From IMG/VR virus record IMGVR_UViG_3300030514_000008: 64,000 nucleotides of DNA; one strand, written 5' to 3'. The notes under the pieces were generated by a model that saw only the letters and a list, made by a program, of their open reading frames with translations, did not search any database and had not been told where the DNA came from. A program made the position numbers and the translations under genes. Source of the stretch: a virus. Below, piece after piece: positions 20,601 through 30,828 of the stretch (positions within the stretch are counted from its first letter, which is position 1; the number at the start of each line of letters is the position of its first letter).

Positions 20601-21906
20601 GGGTGAATTGCTTGAAGGCGGCGGTTATTATGGAGCACGATCTGCCATTGAAATCTATTTAGATGGTGCCTACATGGATACTTGGTATCCTGAATTGGAT
20701 CACAACATTAGACCAACCAGCTTAATTGGTGTTGGAGCAATGGACACCACAATCGTTGATTTTGAATACATTTACGGATCAAGAACAGGAAGCAAGGGTA
20801 GGTTTGTATACCCAGATAAAATGTTTGAAGCCAATACTTTGCAGCTTCCAGCAGGTACGAATATCGAAAGATCTATAGAACTACCTATTGGTCTTGACTG
20901 GCTTGGATCTGGCGTATTGAGTTTTGCTACTTGGGGTTCAGATGCGACAATTTCCGATTTGCGTATTCAGCAGTATTATTCAAAGAATCAGGTAGTGCTG
21001 TCAGGAAATGCCGGGTTGACCTTGAAGCCCAACCAGCGAATGACCTTTGAGCTAGATGACATCCTACCGCTTCACGGTATTCTTAAAATTAAATATACAT
21101 CTACTAATCCTATTTCACTATGTATGGAATTCTGTACATCGCGAGTATTCCGTTATGGCGTAGATAATGAGCCAGTTCCTCCTACTGAAAGCTTCTATGA
21201 TATGGTCAAGAATGGCTATTTCTCAAGTAGATTCGAGGGCACTCTATACACACCATATAAGTACTCCGGCACTCAGTATTCAACTGATGAAGAACCAACT
21301 CCAATTTCCTTGAGCTACTTCTACGAAGATTTTGGTTCAATTGTTCACGAAATTCGTGATTTTAATGTTGATTTGGATAGTGCGCCAGCTAAGGGTATCT
21401 CTGTTTATAGTTCGAACCAGCACTCAAAGGTAATTGACTTTAAGTATAATCCAGTAAAGGGAATCTTTACAATGGTAAATACATCCCATCGGGATGAGAT
21501 TATCAATGGAACTGAGCAAATTGACGAGTCTAATAGTATTGACCAAGCTCTACTCTTGTACGGTTACATGCTGGAAGACAAAGGTGAAGCTACAGAAACA
21601 GTATCAAATGATTTGAGCATTTTACGTCACGGAATTATTGCCCAAGACTTGGATGCTGACTGGGTCTTCTCTAAAGAAGAAGCGGTATCTCTAGGAAAAT
21701 GGATTACTGATCACTGGGCGGATTCTATGGATGTAATCCTATTGGACACTTTCTGTAGTACTTTTATACAGATTGGTGACAAGGTTAATATTTATTATCC
21801 TAATGCCAACATTGATGAAGAATGGGTATTTGTTGTAACTGACAAATCTACAGTATTTGGAGCGAGTGGTTTAACTACAAGTGTTACTGTACGTAGAGTG
21901 CGCTGA
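17647..21906 (+). CDS. Large tail tip, hub or fibre protein (Tal/gpJ-like position).
   Basis: 1419 aa directly downstream of the tape measure gene and the minor tail protein. Beta-rich composition. Confidence 0.55.
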   Translation: MQVIPGEFETAIKRGYAIEGKSIVVAEWNYNKIFNVAVTNPPNDQNWILNKEYFTPQSVVSGFRPNSGIFYGITDESYTDGSPTGLDANRYYTIDSINKYKYWVCPTPSAINAPGVDQGTIVPQTYTVDRGTLLLDYGQFLNMNKVTATFNLGPMPNDWSLWLFDQTLNDWVEINNPSISDISGRAEIWWNGSAWVEEQQLDETVYRRISKIKLEVRALEEPNKRLQVVEVSGRREIELTDRTEEYSVNASMDAQDFIFPVGKMSANDGSITFNNTDLKMNHQDSTSDFYGALVGWCQYRTYVQYDLTPWGGTAEYNIRTSTMYANDYQQNNEWQYTVELFDVLKILQTIDCPALLIENQSLARVIATLLDMVGIDTYSFEFEDWDKTNTVKYFWSDGTEKVFDVLSKLVQSFQAALFVDEDGIIRLITRNEYTPEDGEETVWTFRGAKEGLDLPDIIKLDKKYALQVNKVNVKYTKRQVKIDDLDLTQQPLTSTVWEGSDAIVLRGAPLVRSLLAEDLSAIPYRVMDGIGTYTPNNCTLTLTTEKEPPNPLLGNQTGKVQAVGSPTNIRVESNMVNTSSVGKMHAACYVYFNSTVFDNFSAAINWFDENRQYMSTSYNWVTVPGGSWQYVENVFNVPAGAKYCTLLPILRNVIQTFYLDLTQLHPDGFEDNWDIWVSSSRAETWPYTGKVNIDGEIIEYNGKSYAWWDFTSGYPTYMEAMVFNDDERKAYDRKSYLSWKAASQDPLNPIIGGVSTDPVRQNHFVGRLRPKTRDVDQQGQRKFHPHNQGLGWYTMDFWTAQSNSWGFPGKYFTPGGNQYNIDNLKDWNKRINWTECQSRVSINDSIATIDNATNNSAPDHATHATVLVKDHGDTEFREIGTRFRIRGGTKGRMVIPFYMTNASGYDNENPPINEAFYATRCYLINVATSEYCDTTDRRVHEISMQYKDGDNLYRIWSGEIAGNTGKVKIDADKWYDLEFVFRDGQGELLEGGGYYGARSAIEIYLDGAYMDTWYPELDHNIRPTSLIGVGAMDTTIVDFEYIYGSRTGSKGRFVYPDKMFEANTLQLPAGTNIERSIELPIGLDWLGSGVLSFATWGSDATISDLRIQQYYSKNQVVLSGNAGLTLKPNQRMTFELDDILPLHGILKIKYTSTNPISLCMEFCTSRVFRYGVDNEPVPPTESFYDMVKNGYFSSRFEGTLYTPYKYSGTQYSTDEEPTPISLSYFYEDFGSIVHEIRDFNVDLDSAPAKGISVYSSNQHSKVIDFKYNPVKGIFTMVNTSHRDEIINGTEQIDESNSIDQALLLYGYMLEDKGEATETVSNDLSILRHGIIAQDLDADWVFSKEEAVSLGKWITDHWADSMDVILLDTFCSTFIQIGDKVNIYYPNANIDEEWVFVVTDKSTVFGASGLTTSVTVRRVR

Positions 21907-21933
21907 TCTTTTAGTTCTGCTATAATCGAAATA

Positions 21934-22311
21934 ATGAAACAAATTCGTGCTACCCAAATTATCCCGGTAAGGGAGCTAAGCCAAAACCCATCTGTAGCTC
22001 CCCCAAAGGATCTAGAGCTAAACACTAAGGAAGCCAATGGTACTGCCATACCAAAGGCTTCCATTAGTGTTCCAACAAGTACGGGAATTGATTACGACCC
22101 AGTATTGAACCTGGGTGGGGTAAGCTATGGTGACGGGTTGAATGATGCCGCTCAGCCACCAGCAGTACCGCATATCATAAGTGTGAAAGAACAAATAGTT
22201 AATATGCATGATGATGGGACCTCAACAATTGACCTTGTTCTTAATATAGAGGATATTCCAGGTGTTACCGAATACGACATAAGGATCGCTAAAGATGCAG
22301 GGAACCTATAA
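21934..22311 (+). CDS. Hypothetical tail-associated protein.
   Basis: 125 aa. Confidence 0.4.
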   Translation: MKQIRATQIIPVRELSQNPSVAPPKDLELNTKEANGTAIPKASISVPTSTGIDYDPVLNLGGVSYGDGLNDAAQPPAVPHIISVKEQIVNMHDDGTSTIDLVLNIEDIPGVTEYDIRIAKDAGNL

Positions 22312-23176
22312 GCTGACCACCCGAGACGGGATAGTGGTCGCCAAGAATATAATTACTACTGCTGGCAAGGCCAGTATTCTTAATGCCGTAGCGGGTAAGT
22401 CCGTGGGATTTGCGACATCTTTGGTGGCCGGAATTGGTTCTACTGCTGCAACAGTTAACGATACTGAATTAGAGTATGCAGTGGGAGGCAATGACGTAAA
22501 CGCAGTTATTGCAGATTTGGTAAATGAAAAGCTATATTTTAAGGCTACCTTACCATCCGCAGACAACTATGAAATTCGTGAGCTTGGATGTTTTTCAACA
22601 AACTATACTGGTGCACAGAATTCTTTTGGCGCGGGATCAATTGCGTTACTCGTATTTGGTGAAAATACACCATGGATAAATGACACAGGGTCCTTTGCTC
22701 TTGCTAATACTAATAATCGTATAGGTACAGCATCTATTCAGTACGAAAGCTTTAGTGCGGTAAAGGGACACGCTGTATTTTACCAGGATTTGTCGATAAT
22801 TCCGGACAACGCAACCTTTGATCTAGCATATTATGTAAATGGTGTTAGTGATTTAATTCTTAGATTTAAAACCGATGCTACCAATTACTTTGAATGCGCA
22901 ACATGGCCAGTGACAAATGGATATAATATTGCAAAAATAGCAAAATCTAACTTTACTGCAACTGGAACACCAAGCTGGGATAATTTGACTGTACTTGAAA
23001 TAGAAGCAACTGGCACCAGTGCTACCTTATCGTTGGACGCTCTTCGCTACACTGTTCCGGTAGTCTCCGAAGCAATTAATTCTTCTTTGCTATCTAGAGT
23101 CGTATTGGATACTCCACAGCAAAAACTGGCCGGGATATCAATGGATGTCGAATATATGTTGGAGCTTAATATCTAA
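22295..23176 (+). CDS. Hypothetical tail protein.
   Basis: 293 aa. Confidence 0.4.
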   Translation: MQGTYKLTTRDGIVVAKNIITTAGKASILNAVAGKSVGFATSLVAGIGSTAATVNDTELEYAVGGNDVNAVIADLVNEKLYFKATLPSADNYEIRELGCFSTNYTGAQNSFGAGSIALLVFGENTPWINDTGSFALANTNNRIGTASIQYESFSAVKGHAVFYQDLSIIPDNATFDLAYYVNGVSDLILRFKTDATNYFECATWPVTNGYNIAKIAKSNFTATGTPSWDNLTVLEIEATGTSATLSLDALRYTVPVVSEAINSSLLSRVVLDTPQQKLAGISMDVEYMLELNI

Positions 23177-26100
23177 TGGAAGTTGTAGTAAAGGATCTGC
23201 TTCCTGGCACCAAATACCTTTTGCAAGCCCGAAGCAAAAGTGCTAATGGTGTTGCTTCACGATGGTCAAATACCTTCAAGCTAACCACTGCGTCTGATAC
23301 AACAGCACCTTCACCTATTACAGCTTTAACTTGGCAAGTAAATAGAAATGCTTTTTGGGGAACATGGACAAAGCCAACAACAGACTCTAATGGAAAGCCT
23401 TTAAAGGATTTCAATGGTTATGAAATTACCATTACGGCCAACAGTATTTCAAAGAAGTTCATTTCAATGCAGGAACGTTTTGATCTAAGTTTTGAACAAA
23501 ATGTTGCTTCTTTTGGTGCACCCGAACCATCTGTGCAAATTTCCGTAAAAGTAAGAGACATCGTAGGCAATCTTTCAACTGCTGTAACTGCAACCGCTGT
23601 AAATCCCATACCAGCCGATCTAACCGGATTGACTGCAACTGGAATCCCCTTGGCAATTTTTTTGGATTGGGATGATACCGTTGAAGATGACTTTAGAAAC
23701 TATGAAATCTACATGTCTACTTCTGGTGCAGGTTTTACGCCAGGGCCATCCAACTTGCTTGCAACTACTTCAAGTAGTCAATTCTCATTTCCTACATCAA
23801 ATATCACCACGCATTACTTTAAGGTGCGCCAGCTTGATGTATTTAACCAAGGCAGCAATTATGCGACAGTTTCAGGAACACCTCTTGATACTACTGACCT
23901 AGATACAACTCCTCCAGACGTACCTTCTGCTATTACGGTAACAACCGCAGCAGATTCTGCGGGGACAGCACACATTGATGTCAACTGGACTGCATCACCA
24001 AGTACAAATCTCGGGGGCTACGTTGTGCGCTATAGTACTGATGAAGTGACATGGCGTTATATTAGCGTGCCCGCAGATAGCACAAAAACTCGTATATCCA
24101 ATCTAGTACCTAATACTGCTTATTACGTAAGTGTAGCAGCGGTAAGCTTTGTTAGTAGCTATTCAGCATGGGTACATGCTGGAACATATCCAATTACTGC
24201 CGCACAAGACACTACAGCTCCTTCTACACCGATCGCGCCTTCTGTTTCATTTAATACGCAGACTGTGCTAGTTTCGCACGACATGACAAAATCCGGCGGT
24301 GGAAACCTTGAAGCTGACGTCCGCTATTTGGAAGTTCATGCCTCAACAAGCTCTGGGTTTACTTCATCAAGCTCTACATTGATAGGAACAATAGATGCAG
24401 CTGGTCAAGGTATAACAGTTGTTGGTCAATTCCCAGCTCCAGTAACTGATAGCGTAACCAATATGTATTGGCGAGTTAAAGCTGTAGACTATGCTGGAAA
24501 CAAATCAACTCAATCTGCTCAAGTCAGTGGTTTGCCAGGGTTGATTCAAGGTACCAACATTGCTAATGCTACAATTGCTGATGCTAAAATAGGAAGCCTT
24601 TCTGCTGCAAAGCTTGTAGCAGGTACTGCTTTTGTAAATAATTTAAGTATTCAATCCCAGCTTACTCTAGATGCTATAAGTGGTTATATTGCTTCTACCA
24701 ACTTCAGTATTCCTAGCAAAACTGGTTGGCGCTTAGATCAAAATGGTCTTGTAATTTACGATGGATCAATTGCAGCAAAGTCCTTGCTTTTACAAAATGG
24801 TAATAATATTGCACCGTCGGCATTTGCAGATTTTGAATTCAACGAAAGCTATTACCACGATACTTCAAATGCTGTAGTTACAACTACAATGACCGCAACC
24901 TCAGGCATGCTTTTAGCTATGCAATACACTGGAGTTAAGATTGGAAAGCAATCTTTGCGTCTATGGAATACTGCAATTACTGGTTCCACTGTACACAAAC
25001 TTCATTTCGCAACTGGCGGGGATGCGGCAACTGGAGTTAATATTGACCTAAATCCAGGAGATTACATCTACTCTATTTGGGCAAAGAAGAATGGTGCTGT
25101 TGATCAAACACTAAAGCTTGGACTATATCCAGACACAGGAGCCGCAATAGAGTCTGCTGGTATTCCTGTAACAAGTACAAGCTGGACGCGCTATAGCGCT
25201 GTTTTGACAGTTCCTTCTGGAGTAAGCAAAGTAAAGCAGTATATTAGCTTGCAAGCTGTAACTACAGGATACGATATCGTGATTGATGCATTGCAGCTTG
25301 AACCAAAGCTAACTGCTGAAACTACCCCCTCGGCCTGGAAGCCACCAAGCACCACGATAATTGATGGTGGGTCAATCATCACCGGATCAATTAGATCCTC
25401 TGCCGCAAGTGCTACTGTTCCCGGACAACCAGCATGGTCAATAAATACTGCTGGTAATATGCAGCTTGGTGATGCGCTTGTTCGTGGTAAATTGACCATG
25501 GGTGTAGCTGCTGACCAAAAGAACCTTGTTCCAAGAACTTATTCTAGTTTTGAAGATGCAGCAGCGACCTATTACAATGTAAGTAATAACATTCCAAATG
25601 CTGCTACATTTTCCTTAGTAGGAACAGGCAGTTCTAATATACGTATGCAGCAGTCAACTGCGGGAACGCCACCACATGGTAGCTATGGCCTACGTATTTA
25701 TGCAACAAGTGGTTTAAGCGCATCCACAACCCTAAATGCTTTCCTTGGCGGTGGAAATATTACTTTGACTCCAGGACAGCAATATATTATTTCTGCATAT
25801 GTGAAAAATAATGACGTTACAAAGGGAACAAAGATTGCTTTTGGCTTCTGGAATGCAACAAATGGATTTACACAAGCGTTTCCAGTCGTTGCTCCTACAA
25901 CTTCATATGTACGTTATTCTGGTGTAATTACTGCACCTTCTGTAGCCACAAATGCTGTATATCTAGCGATGAATACTCAGGCTGGTGAAACTGCGTTTGA
26001 CCTTACATGGGACGCATTCCAGGTTGAAGTTGCTCCAGTTGGTGTGACAACCCCAAGCGCCTTTACCGATGGCACAATTGGTCTTAGCTCAATGGCATCA

Positions 26101-27072
26101 GCCAACTATATTTCTGGTTCACAGGGTTGGACAATTAATAGTGATGGTACCGTTGAATTCAACGCCGCAACAATTCGCGGACAGTTGATTGTTACTGGTA
26201 GTTCCGGAACTATCAAGACGGACTTGAGCGGATTCTATCCAACAATTTTCTTCAATGGTAATGATGGTAGTCAGGCGTTCATCAATGCCGCAGCTGGTGG
26301 TTCAAGCAAGGCATTGCTGGGTCTAAATAGCTCATCGTATACTCAAGGGTCAAATACGATCCGACCAAGAATATGGATGCCAGATAAGCTTACATTAGAG
26401 CATGTTGATGAAACAGCAACCGCCGCAGCTGGTACATACAAGTACTATGGTGGTAAAATAACCTTGGACAAAACTTCTTCACGTTGGTCGCTATTTAATT
26501 CATCGAACGTCGAACGTGCCGCTATCAGTTTGGACATGACCAATGGTTCAACTGACGTGCAAGTATTTGACTCTTCATCAAATGAATTGGGCTACATGTA
26601 CCAAGACAGTACTCAATCTGTTTGGGGTAGAAAAACATCTGCTGGTGCAATTCTTGGACAAATTGGTATCTACGATACATATATGACTATTGGAACCCAA
26701 GGTGATTATGTACGATATGAATATGCAAAGAACGCACTTGTGCATGATAGCGGATGGACAGATATTACCCTACAGAATGGGTGGGTTGCTCGTGGATCTA
26801 CTTGGCCTAATCCGGGTTATCGAAAGTTTCCTGATGGAACAGTAATGCTCCGAGGACAGATGACCAGCGGAAACTATACTGACGGAGTCTGGATTGGCAC
26901 ACTTCCTGCTGGCTATCGTCCACCAAAAGAGGACAACTTCCCTATCACAGCTTACTCGGGTAAGAATGGCGCAATTTTGGTTATTAACACCAGTGGTGAT
27001 ATGTTCCTATATAACGTAGGCGTTTCACCATCAACCGTAGGACTTGGTGGAGTACGTTTTTCAATTCACTAA
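23176..27072 (+). CDS. Tail fibre or receptor-binding protein with fibronectin type III-like repeats.
   Basis: 1298 aa with repeated segments (TAPSPITALTWQV...W.KP, TTPPDVPSAITVTT..., TTAPSTPIAPSVSF...) of FN3 type. The C-terminal half is beta-rich. Confidence 0.6.
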   Translation: MEVVVKDLLPGTKYLLQARSKSANGVASRWSNTFKLTTASDTTAPSPITALTWQVNRNAFWGTWTKPTTDSNGKPLKDFNGYEITITANSISKKFISMQERFDLSFEQNVASFGAPEPSVQISVKVRDIVGNLSTAVTATAVNPIPADLTGLTATGIPLAIFLDWDDTVEDDFRNYEIYMSTSGAGFTPGPSNLLATTSSSQFSFPTSNITTHYFKVRQLDVFNQGSNYATVSGTPLDTTDLDTTPPDVPSAITVTTAADSAGTAHIDVNWTASPSTNLGGYVVRYSTDEVTWRYISVPADSTKTRISNLVPNTAYYVSVAAVSFVSSYSAWVHAGTYPITAAQDTTAPSTPIAPSVSFNTQTVLVSHDMTKSGGGNLEADVRYLEVHASTSSGFTSSSSTLIGTIDAAGQGITVVGQFPAPVTDSVTNMYWRVKAVDYAGNKSTQSAQVSGLPGLIQGTNIANATIADAKIGSLSAAKLVAGTAFVNNLSIQSQLTLDAISGYIASTNFSIPSKTGWRLDQNGLVIYDGSIAAKSLLLQNGNNIAPSAFADFEFNESYYHDTSNAVVTTTMTATSGMLLAMQYTGVKIGKQSLRLWNTAITGSTVHKLHFATGGDAATGVNIDLNPGDYIYSIWAKKNGAVDQTLKLGLYPDTGAAIESAGIPVTSTSWTRYSAVLTVPSGVSKVKQYISLQAVTTGYDIVIDALQLEPKLTAETTPSAWKPPSTTIIDGGSIITGSIRSSAASATVPGQPAWSINTAGNMQLGDALVRGKLTMGVAADQKNLVPRTYSSFEDAAATYYNVSNNIPNAATFSLVGTGSSNIRMQQSTAGTPPHGSYGLRIYATSGLSASTTLNAFLGGGNITLTPGQQYIISAYVKNNDVTKGTKIAFGFWNATNGFTQAFPVVAPTTSYVRYSGVITAPSVATNAVYLAMNTQAGETAFDLTWDAFQVEVAPVGVTTPSAFTDGTIGLSSMASANYISGSQGWTINSDGTVEFNAATIRGQLIVTGSSGTIKTDLSGFYPTIFFNGNDGSQAFINAAAGGSSKALLGLNSSSYTQGSNTIRPRIWMPDKLTLEHVDETATAAAGTYKYYGGKITLDKTSSRWSLFNSSNVERAAISLDMTNGSTDVQVFDSSSNELGYMYQDSTQSVWGRKTSAGAILGQIGIYDTYMTIGTQGDYVRYEYAKNALVHDSGWTDITLQNGWVARGSTWPNPGYRKFPDGTVMLRGQMTSGNYTDGVWIGTLPAGYRPPKEDNFPITAYSGKNGAILVINTSGDMFLYNVGVSPSTVGLGGVRFSIH

Positions 27073-27084
27073 ATAAGGAGTAAA

Positions 27085-27282
27085 ATGGAAGAGCAAGAAT
27101 GGAAAGATATCATTGATGAACTTTCCCAGCAAAATGCAACACTAAGTATTGAGCGAGCAGTAGCAAGAGCACAGGTTAAGACTTTTGTCAGAATCGTTGA
27201 GAAGCTACAAGAGCAAAATAAAGAGCTTAGTGAAAAACTGAATCAATCAGATATTACAATTCAAACTGTAACAAAGGAATAA
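27085..27282 (+). CDS. Small coiled-coil protein.
   Basis: 65 aa, heptad-like sequence. Confidence 0.35.
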   Translation: MEEQEWKDIIDELSQQNATLSIERAVARAQVKTFVRIVEKLQEQNKELSEKLNQSDITIQTVTKE

Positions 27283-27283
27283 A

Positions 27284-27736
27284 ATGAGCTGGTTTAAAAA
27301 GCCACCAGAGCCAGTTGTACCCATAAAGCATATGCCACCCAATAAGCCATTACGATATCCAAAGTGGACTTTCGCTCAGGTAGCAGAATCAAATAAATAT
27401 TACTTAATACTCGAAAAGACAAAAATGCCATTTATAAGTGAACGAGCATTTGATTCTTGGGGTCGCAATCCAATTCAAGTTACAGAAAAGTCTATAAGTG
27501 GATACCCAACTTTTAAAAAGATAGGATTTGCGCCGGGGACCTTAGTAATATCTCAAGCAGATAAAACAGAATGGTTTATCACGGGGGCAGATGTATTAGC
27601 ACCTGAACGTCGCTTAATAGCAGATCCAGGCTTCTATCAGGTATTAGGGTTTGATATCGATGATGCCTACGTGGTATCATTAAATGAAATAGATTTTCAT
27701 AAAAAGGGAGAAGACATACGTGACATTGCCATATAA
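27284..27736 (+). CDS. Hypothetical protein.
   Basis: 150 aa. Confidence 0.4.
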   Translation: MSWFKKPPEPVVPIKHMPPNKPLRYPKWTFAQVAESNKYYLILEKTKMPFISERAFDSWGRNPIQVTEKSISGYPTFKKIGFAPGTLVISQADKTEWFITGADVLAPERRLIADPGFYQVLGFDIDDAYVVSLNEIDFHKKGEDIRDIAI

Positions 27737-28163
27737 GCGCATTAACTGGGGGCCGGGGGAACAAATAACCACCAGTAAGCTCAATGATATGATTGCTAAT
27801 AATGACTGGCTCTTTCAGAACTCAGTCACTGCTTATTATGATGCTTTGGGTGTTGTTCGTGACTCTGGTCTTACTTTGCGTGCTGGCTATGTTAAAGCTA
27901 TAAATACTGAAAATACAGGCGTTTTCATTGGAAGCTACTATTCCCGTCCGTTTCTCCCAGGCGCACGTCCGGTTGTGGTAACAGGGATGGCATGCGATAA
28001 TTACTTTGGATTCTTGCATGCTGTAAAGGGGTTGGACGGCCGTGCAGTACCTGATCATAGAGGCTTTAATTTAATGCTTTGGCAGCTGCGTGACCCCGGG
28101 GGTCCGACCAAATTCCAGGGTGACCAGAATGTCAGCTACATAGCCATTGCACCAACAGGATAA
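27720..28163 (+). CDS. Hypothetical protein.
   Basis: 147 aa. Confidence 0.4.
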   Translation: MTLPYKRINWGPGEQITTSKLNDMIANNDWLFQNSVTAYYDALGVVRDSGLTLRAGYVKAINTENTGVFIGSYYSRPFLPGARPVVVTGMACDNYFGFLHAVKGLDGRAVPDHRGFNLMLWQLRDPGGPTKFQGDQNVSYIAIAPTG

Positions 28164-28258
28164 ATTAGCTACCCCCTAAGCTTGATCATCGCCCAGTTGT
28201 ATGCTAATGTAAGTACCCGTCGCCTAAACAGCGACGGGTGTTTTACTTAAGGAGTAAA

Positions 28259-29011
28259 ATGACAGAAGATATTAAATGGCTGGTAGTAAGCGATATTCAC
28301 TTTCCAAAACATGATCCAAGAACAGTAGAATTATTGCTTAAAGTTATGAAAAGCTGGCAGCCGAATGCTATTGATTTAGCCGGGGATATTGACGATGCCG
28401 AGTGCACAAGCCGATGGGTAGAAGGAACCCCAGCCGAAAACTATAGCGTTAAATCAGGAGCACAACCAGCTAAGGAATTTCTTGAGCAAATCAGAGAAAT
28501 TACTAAAAAGGCTGAAGACTGCCATTGGCACGGCGGAAACCACGACTTCTATCGGCACAAAAAGTATCTAGAAAAGAATGCTCCAAATATGATGGACTAC
28601 ATCACTCCAGATACGCTTTATGGATTAAACAATAGTGGATTCATTTGGCATGATTATGAAAAGCCTCCAGTAGAACGGCTAGGTGGCATCTATGTTCACC
28701 ATGGTGAATCAATCAGTAAGCACTCTGCTGAGTCTGTTCGTAACGACATGCAGAATTACATGGTTTCGCTGATTCGTGGCCATTCACACAGAGCGGGAAC
28801 CTTTCTGGTAGACTACCCACTTGCAGGGCTTAGCCTTGAAGGTTACGAGATTGGGCATATGACCTTGCCAGAATTGCATATCTACCAAACAGTGCATAAC
28901 TGGCAGCAAGCATTTTTAACTGCACATGTAGTTGATGGAGTAGCACATTGCTCTCTAAACTTGGTCAAGGACCATACCGTCGTGGTTGATGGAAAGCTAT
29001 TTAAGGCATGA
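28259..29011 (+). CDS. Calcineurin-like metallophosphoesterase.
   Basis: Motifs SDIHF, GDIDD and GGNHDF. AAGGAG precedes the ATG at 28259. Confidence 0.65.
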   Translation: MTEDIKWLVVSDIHFPKHDPRTVELLLKVMKSWQPNAIDLAGDIDDAECTSRWVEGTPAENYSVKSGAQPAKEFLEQIREITKKAEDCHWHGGNHDFYRHKKYLEKNAPNMMDYITPDTLYGLNNSGFIWHDYEKPPVERLGGIYVHHGESISKHSAESVRNDMQNYMVSLIRGHSHRAGTFLVDYPLAGLSLEGYEIGHMTLPELHIYQTVHNWQQAFLTAHVVDGVAHCSLNLVKDHTVVVDGKLFKA

Positions 29012-29808
29012 TTCCAGACCGCATCAAAATATGGACTCCACGTGGTTTTACTCACGCAGGGGATTTGACTGCGGGCGATAAGGTGATAAGCTATAATCCA
29101 AGCCGAGGCTGTACAGAGTACGACACTATTACACGAGTACAGACAGACTGGCAGCAGCTTGGATTAATGGGTTTGAAGCAGGCGTCCATCTTTATTTCGG
29201 TGACGCCTGATCACCCGCTTCTAATTATGAATCCATATTCAAAAGAACTTAGTAGAATTCCGACCGAAGAACTTTTTCTTAAAAATGGCGGAAAATATAA
29301 GCAATTTCTTACAAATAAACCATTTGAACCCTTTAAGCGTACTAATGCACTAGAGGATATAGAATGGACCGCTAGATTAGCCGTTAGCGTTTCCCGCTTC
29401 AACCAGGGTGTACTATATCCGGATGCTATTTATCCAATGATAGAAAATCTGACAGCTCTGGAAGCAAGAGCATGGTTGAATACGTTTTTTCATTGGAATA
29501 TACTGCGAAGACGTACGCAATACATGAAAACCTGCTTGTTGCGAAACGAAGCCATAAAGGCTATGCTATACCACGTGGCACCACGTGCCGGAGTGGGGAC
29601 CTACTATGGAGCTTTCAAAACAAAAGCTCATTATAGTAAATGGACCCAAGCCTTTAGTATTGCTAAAGAAGGTAACACTAATATAACCCGGTTGCATTGG
29701 GCCATGGACAGGCATGAAGGATTATTTTTCAATATCGCTACAAAAAATGGAAATGCATTAGCGAAGTTTGGCAGTAGTACCTATCCGATTGCCTGTGATC
29801 ACTCATAG
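29008..29808 (+). CDS. Hypothetical protein.
   Basis: 266 aa, ATGA-type overlap with the phosphoesterase gene. Confidence 0.45.
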   Translation: MIPDRIKIWTPRGFTHAGDLTAGDKVISYNPSRGCTEYDTITRVQTDWQQLGLMGLKQASIFISVTPDHPLLIMNPYSKELSRIPTEELFLKNGGKYKQFLTNKPFEPFKRTNALEDIEWTARLAVSVSRFNQGVLYPDAIYPMIENLTALEARAWLNTFFHWNILRRRTQYMKTCLLRNEAIKAMLYHVAPRAGVGTYYGAFKTKAHYSKWTQAFSIAKEGNTNITRLHWAMDRHEGLFFNIATKNGNALAKFGSSTYPIACDHS

Positions 29809-29824
29809 GAGATATTAAAATATA

Positions 29825-30172
29825 ATGATTTCACAAACCGTTACACAATGGATTGCATTAGGTGCAGGTGCACTAATTGTTCCAATTACTTCGCTAATTA
29901 AGCAAAGAGGTTGGGATGTTAAGGCTAAGTTCCTTCTAAGTGCAGCTCTTTCTTTCGTAGCATCTTTAGGAATTTCACTTCCTGTTGATCTAACAGATGC
30001 AGGTGTTGTCAATTATGGCACCACCGCCGCCACGGTATTTGCAACAGCTCAGGTTCTCTACAAGCTTGTTTTTGAGGGCACCAAGGCTGAAGACAAGCTT
30101 GCAAATGTCGGCACTGGCTCCAAGGTAGATAATGATCTACCAGAAGATGACCGTGGAACCTATGCGGGCTAA
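29825..30172 (+). CDS. Small membrane protein (2-3 TM helices, holin-like; speculative).
   Basis: Hydrophobic segments WIALGAGALIVPITSLI and LLSAALSFVASLGISLPV. Confidence 0.35.
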   Translation: MISQTVTQWIALGAGALIVPITSLIKQRGWDVKAKFLLSAALSFVASLGISLPVDLTDAGVVNYGTTAATVFATAQVLYKLVFEGTKAEDKLANVGTGSKVDNDLPEDDRGTYAG

Positions 30173-30392
30173 GCTCACTTGTTCCAAATGCAGCGGTAGG
30201 GTATTTCTCGACCGGGCGTATAGCAGCTATGGACATATCGAACTATTTTGTTTACGATGTGGAAAACGCTGGGAGGCTCATAAAGACTCCCCTGTCGCTA
30301 AGATCTTTAATAAGATTGAGCGTAAGAGGGAGCTAGGTCACTTTGGCAATAACATTACCGAACTATTTTTTCCTGAATGGAAAGCTGCATAA
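30132..30392 (+). CDS. Zinc-ribbon protein (CxxC...CxxC).
   Basis: CSKCSG....CLRCGK. Confidence 0.4.
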   Translation: MIYQKMTVEPMRAKLTCSKCSGRVFLDRAYSSYGHIELFCLRCGKRWEAHKDSPVAKIFNKIERKRELGHFGNNITELFFPEWKAA

Positions 30393-30828
30393 AAAGCTAA
30401 AAGTCGTAAAGACGGAGAATGTGGTAGTCGCCTTTTGTTTTCCTGACGAAACACATGCGCAATATATGTATAGTGTGACATGTCGTGAATTTCAAAAGGC
30501 GTACACCATGAAAGAGGTCGCGAAGCTTGTTAAAAGACCTCAAACTGAAATACATAAATTTCTAAAAAATAAACTGATCGATAGACCTTCGGGGTTCGCC
30601 TATGCCATTAGAACCAAGCAACCATTGAATTTATATTGGTCAGAATCAGAAGTTTTAAGTTTACGTGATAGATTATATGAGCTAGCACCAAAAGGCCCGG
30701 ATGGATTTCCAAGGGGCCGTTTTACTTTAGTAAGCAAAGCAGAATTACGCGAGGCTATAAATGGTGATGTCTCCTATTACGTAAGGAACGAAGAAGGCGA
30801 GTTTAAAAAGGTATGGCGAGCGCTATGA
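30343..30828 (+). CDS. Hypothetical protein.
   Basis: 161 aa. Confidence 0.4.
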   Translation: MAITLPNYFFLNGKLHKKLKVVKTENVVVAFCFPDETHAQYMYSVTCREFQKAYTMKEVAKLVKRPQTEIHKFLKNKLIDRPSGFAYAIRTKQPLNLYWSESEVLSLRDRLYELAPKGPDGFPRGRFTLVSKAELREAINGDVSYYVRNEEGEFKKVWRAL

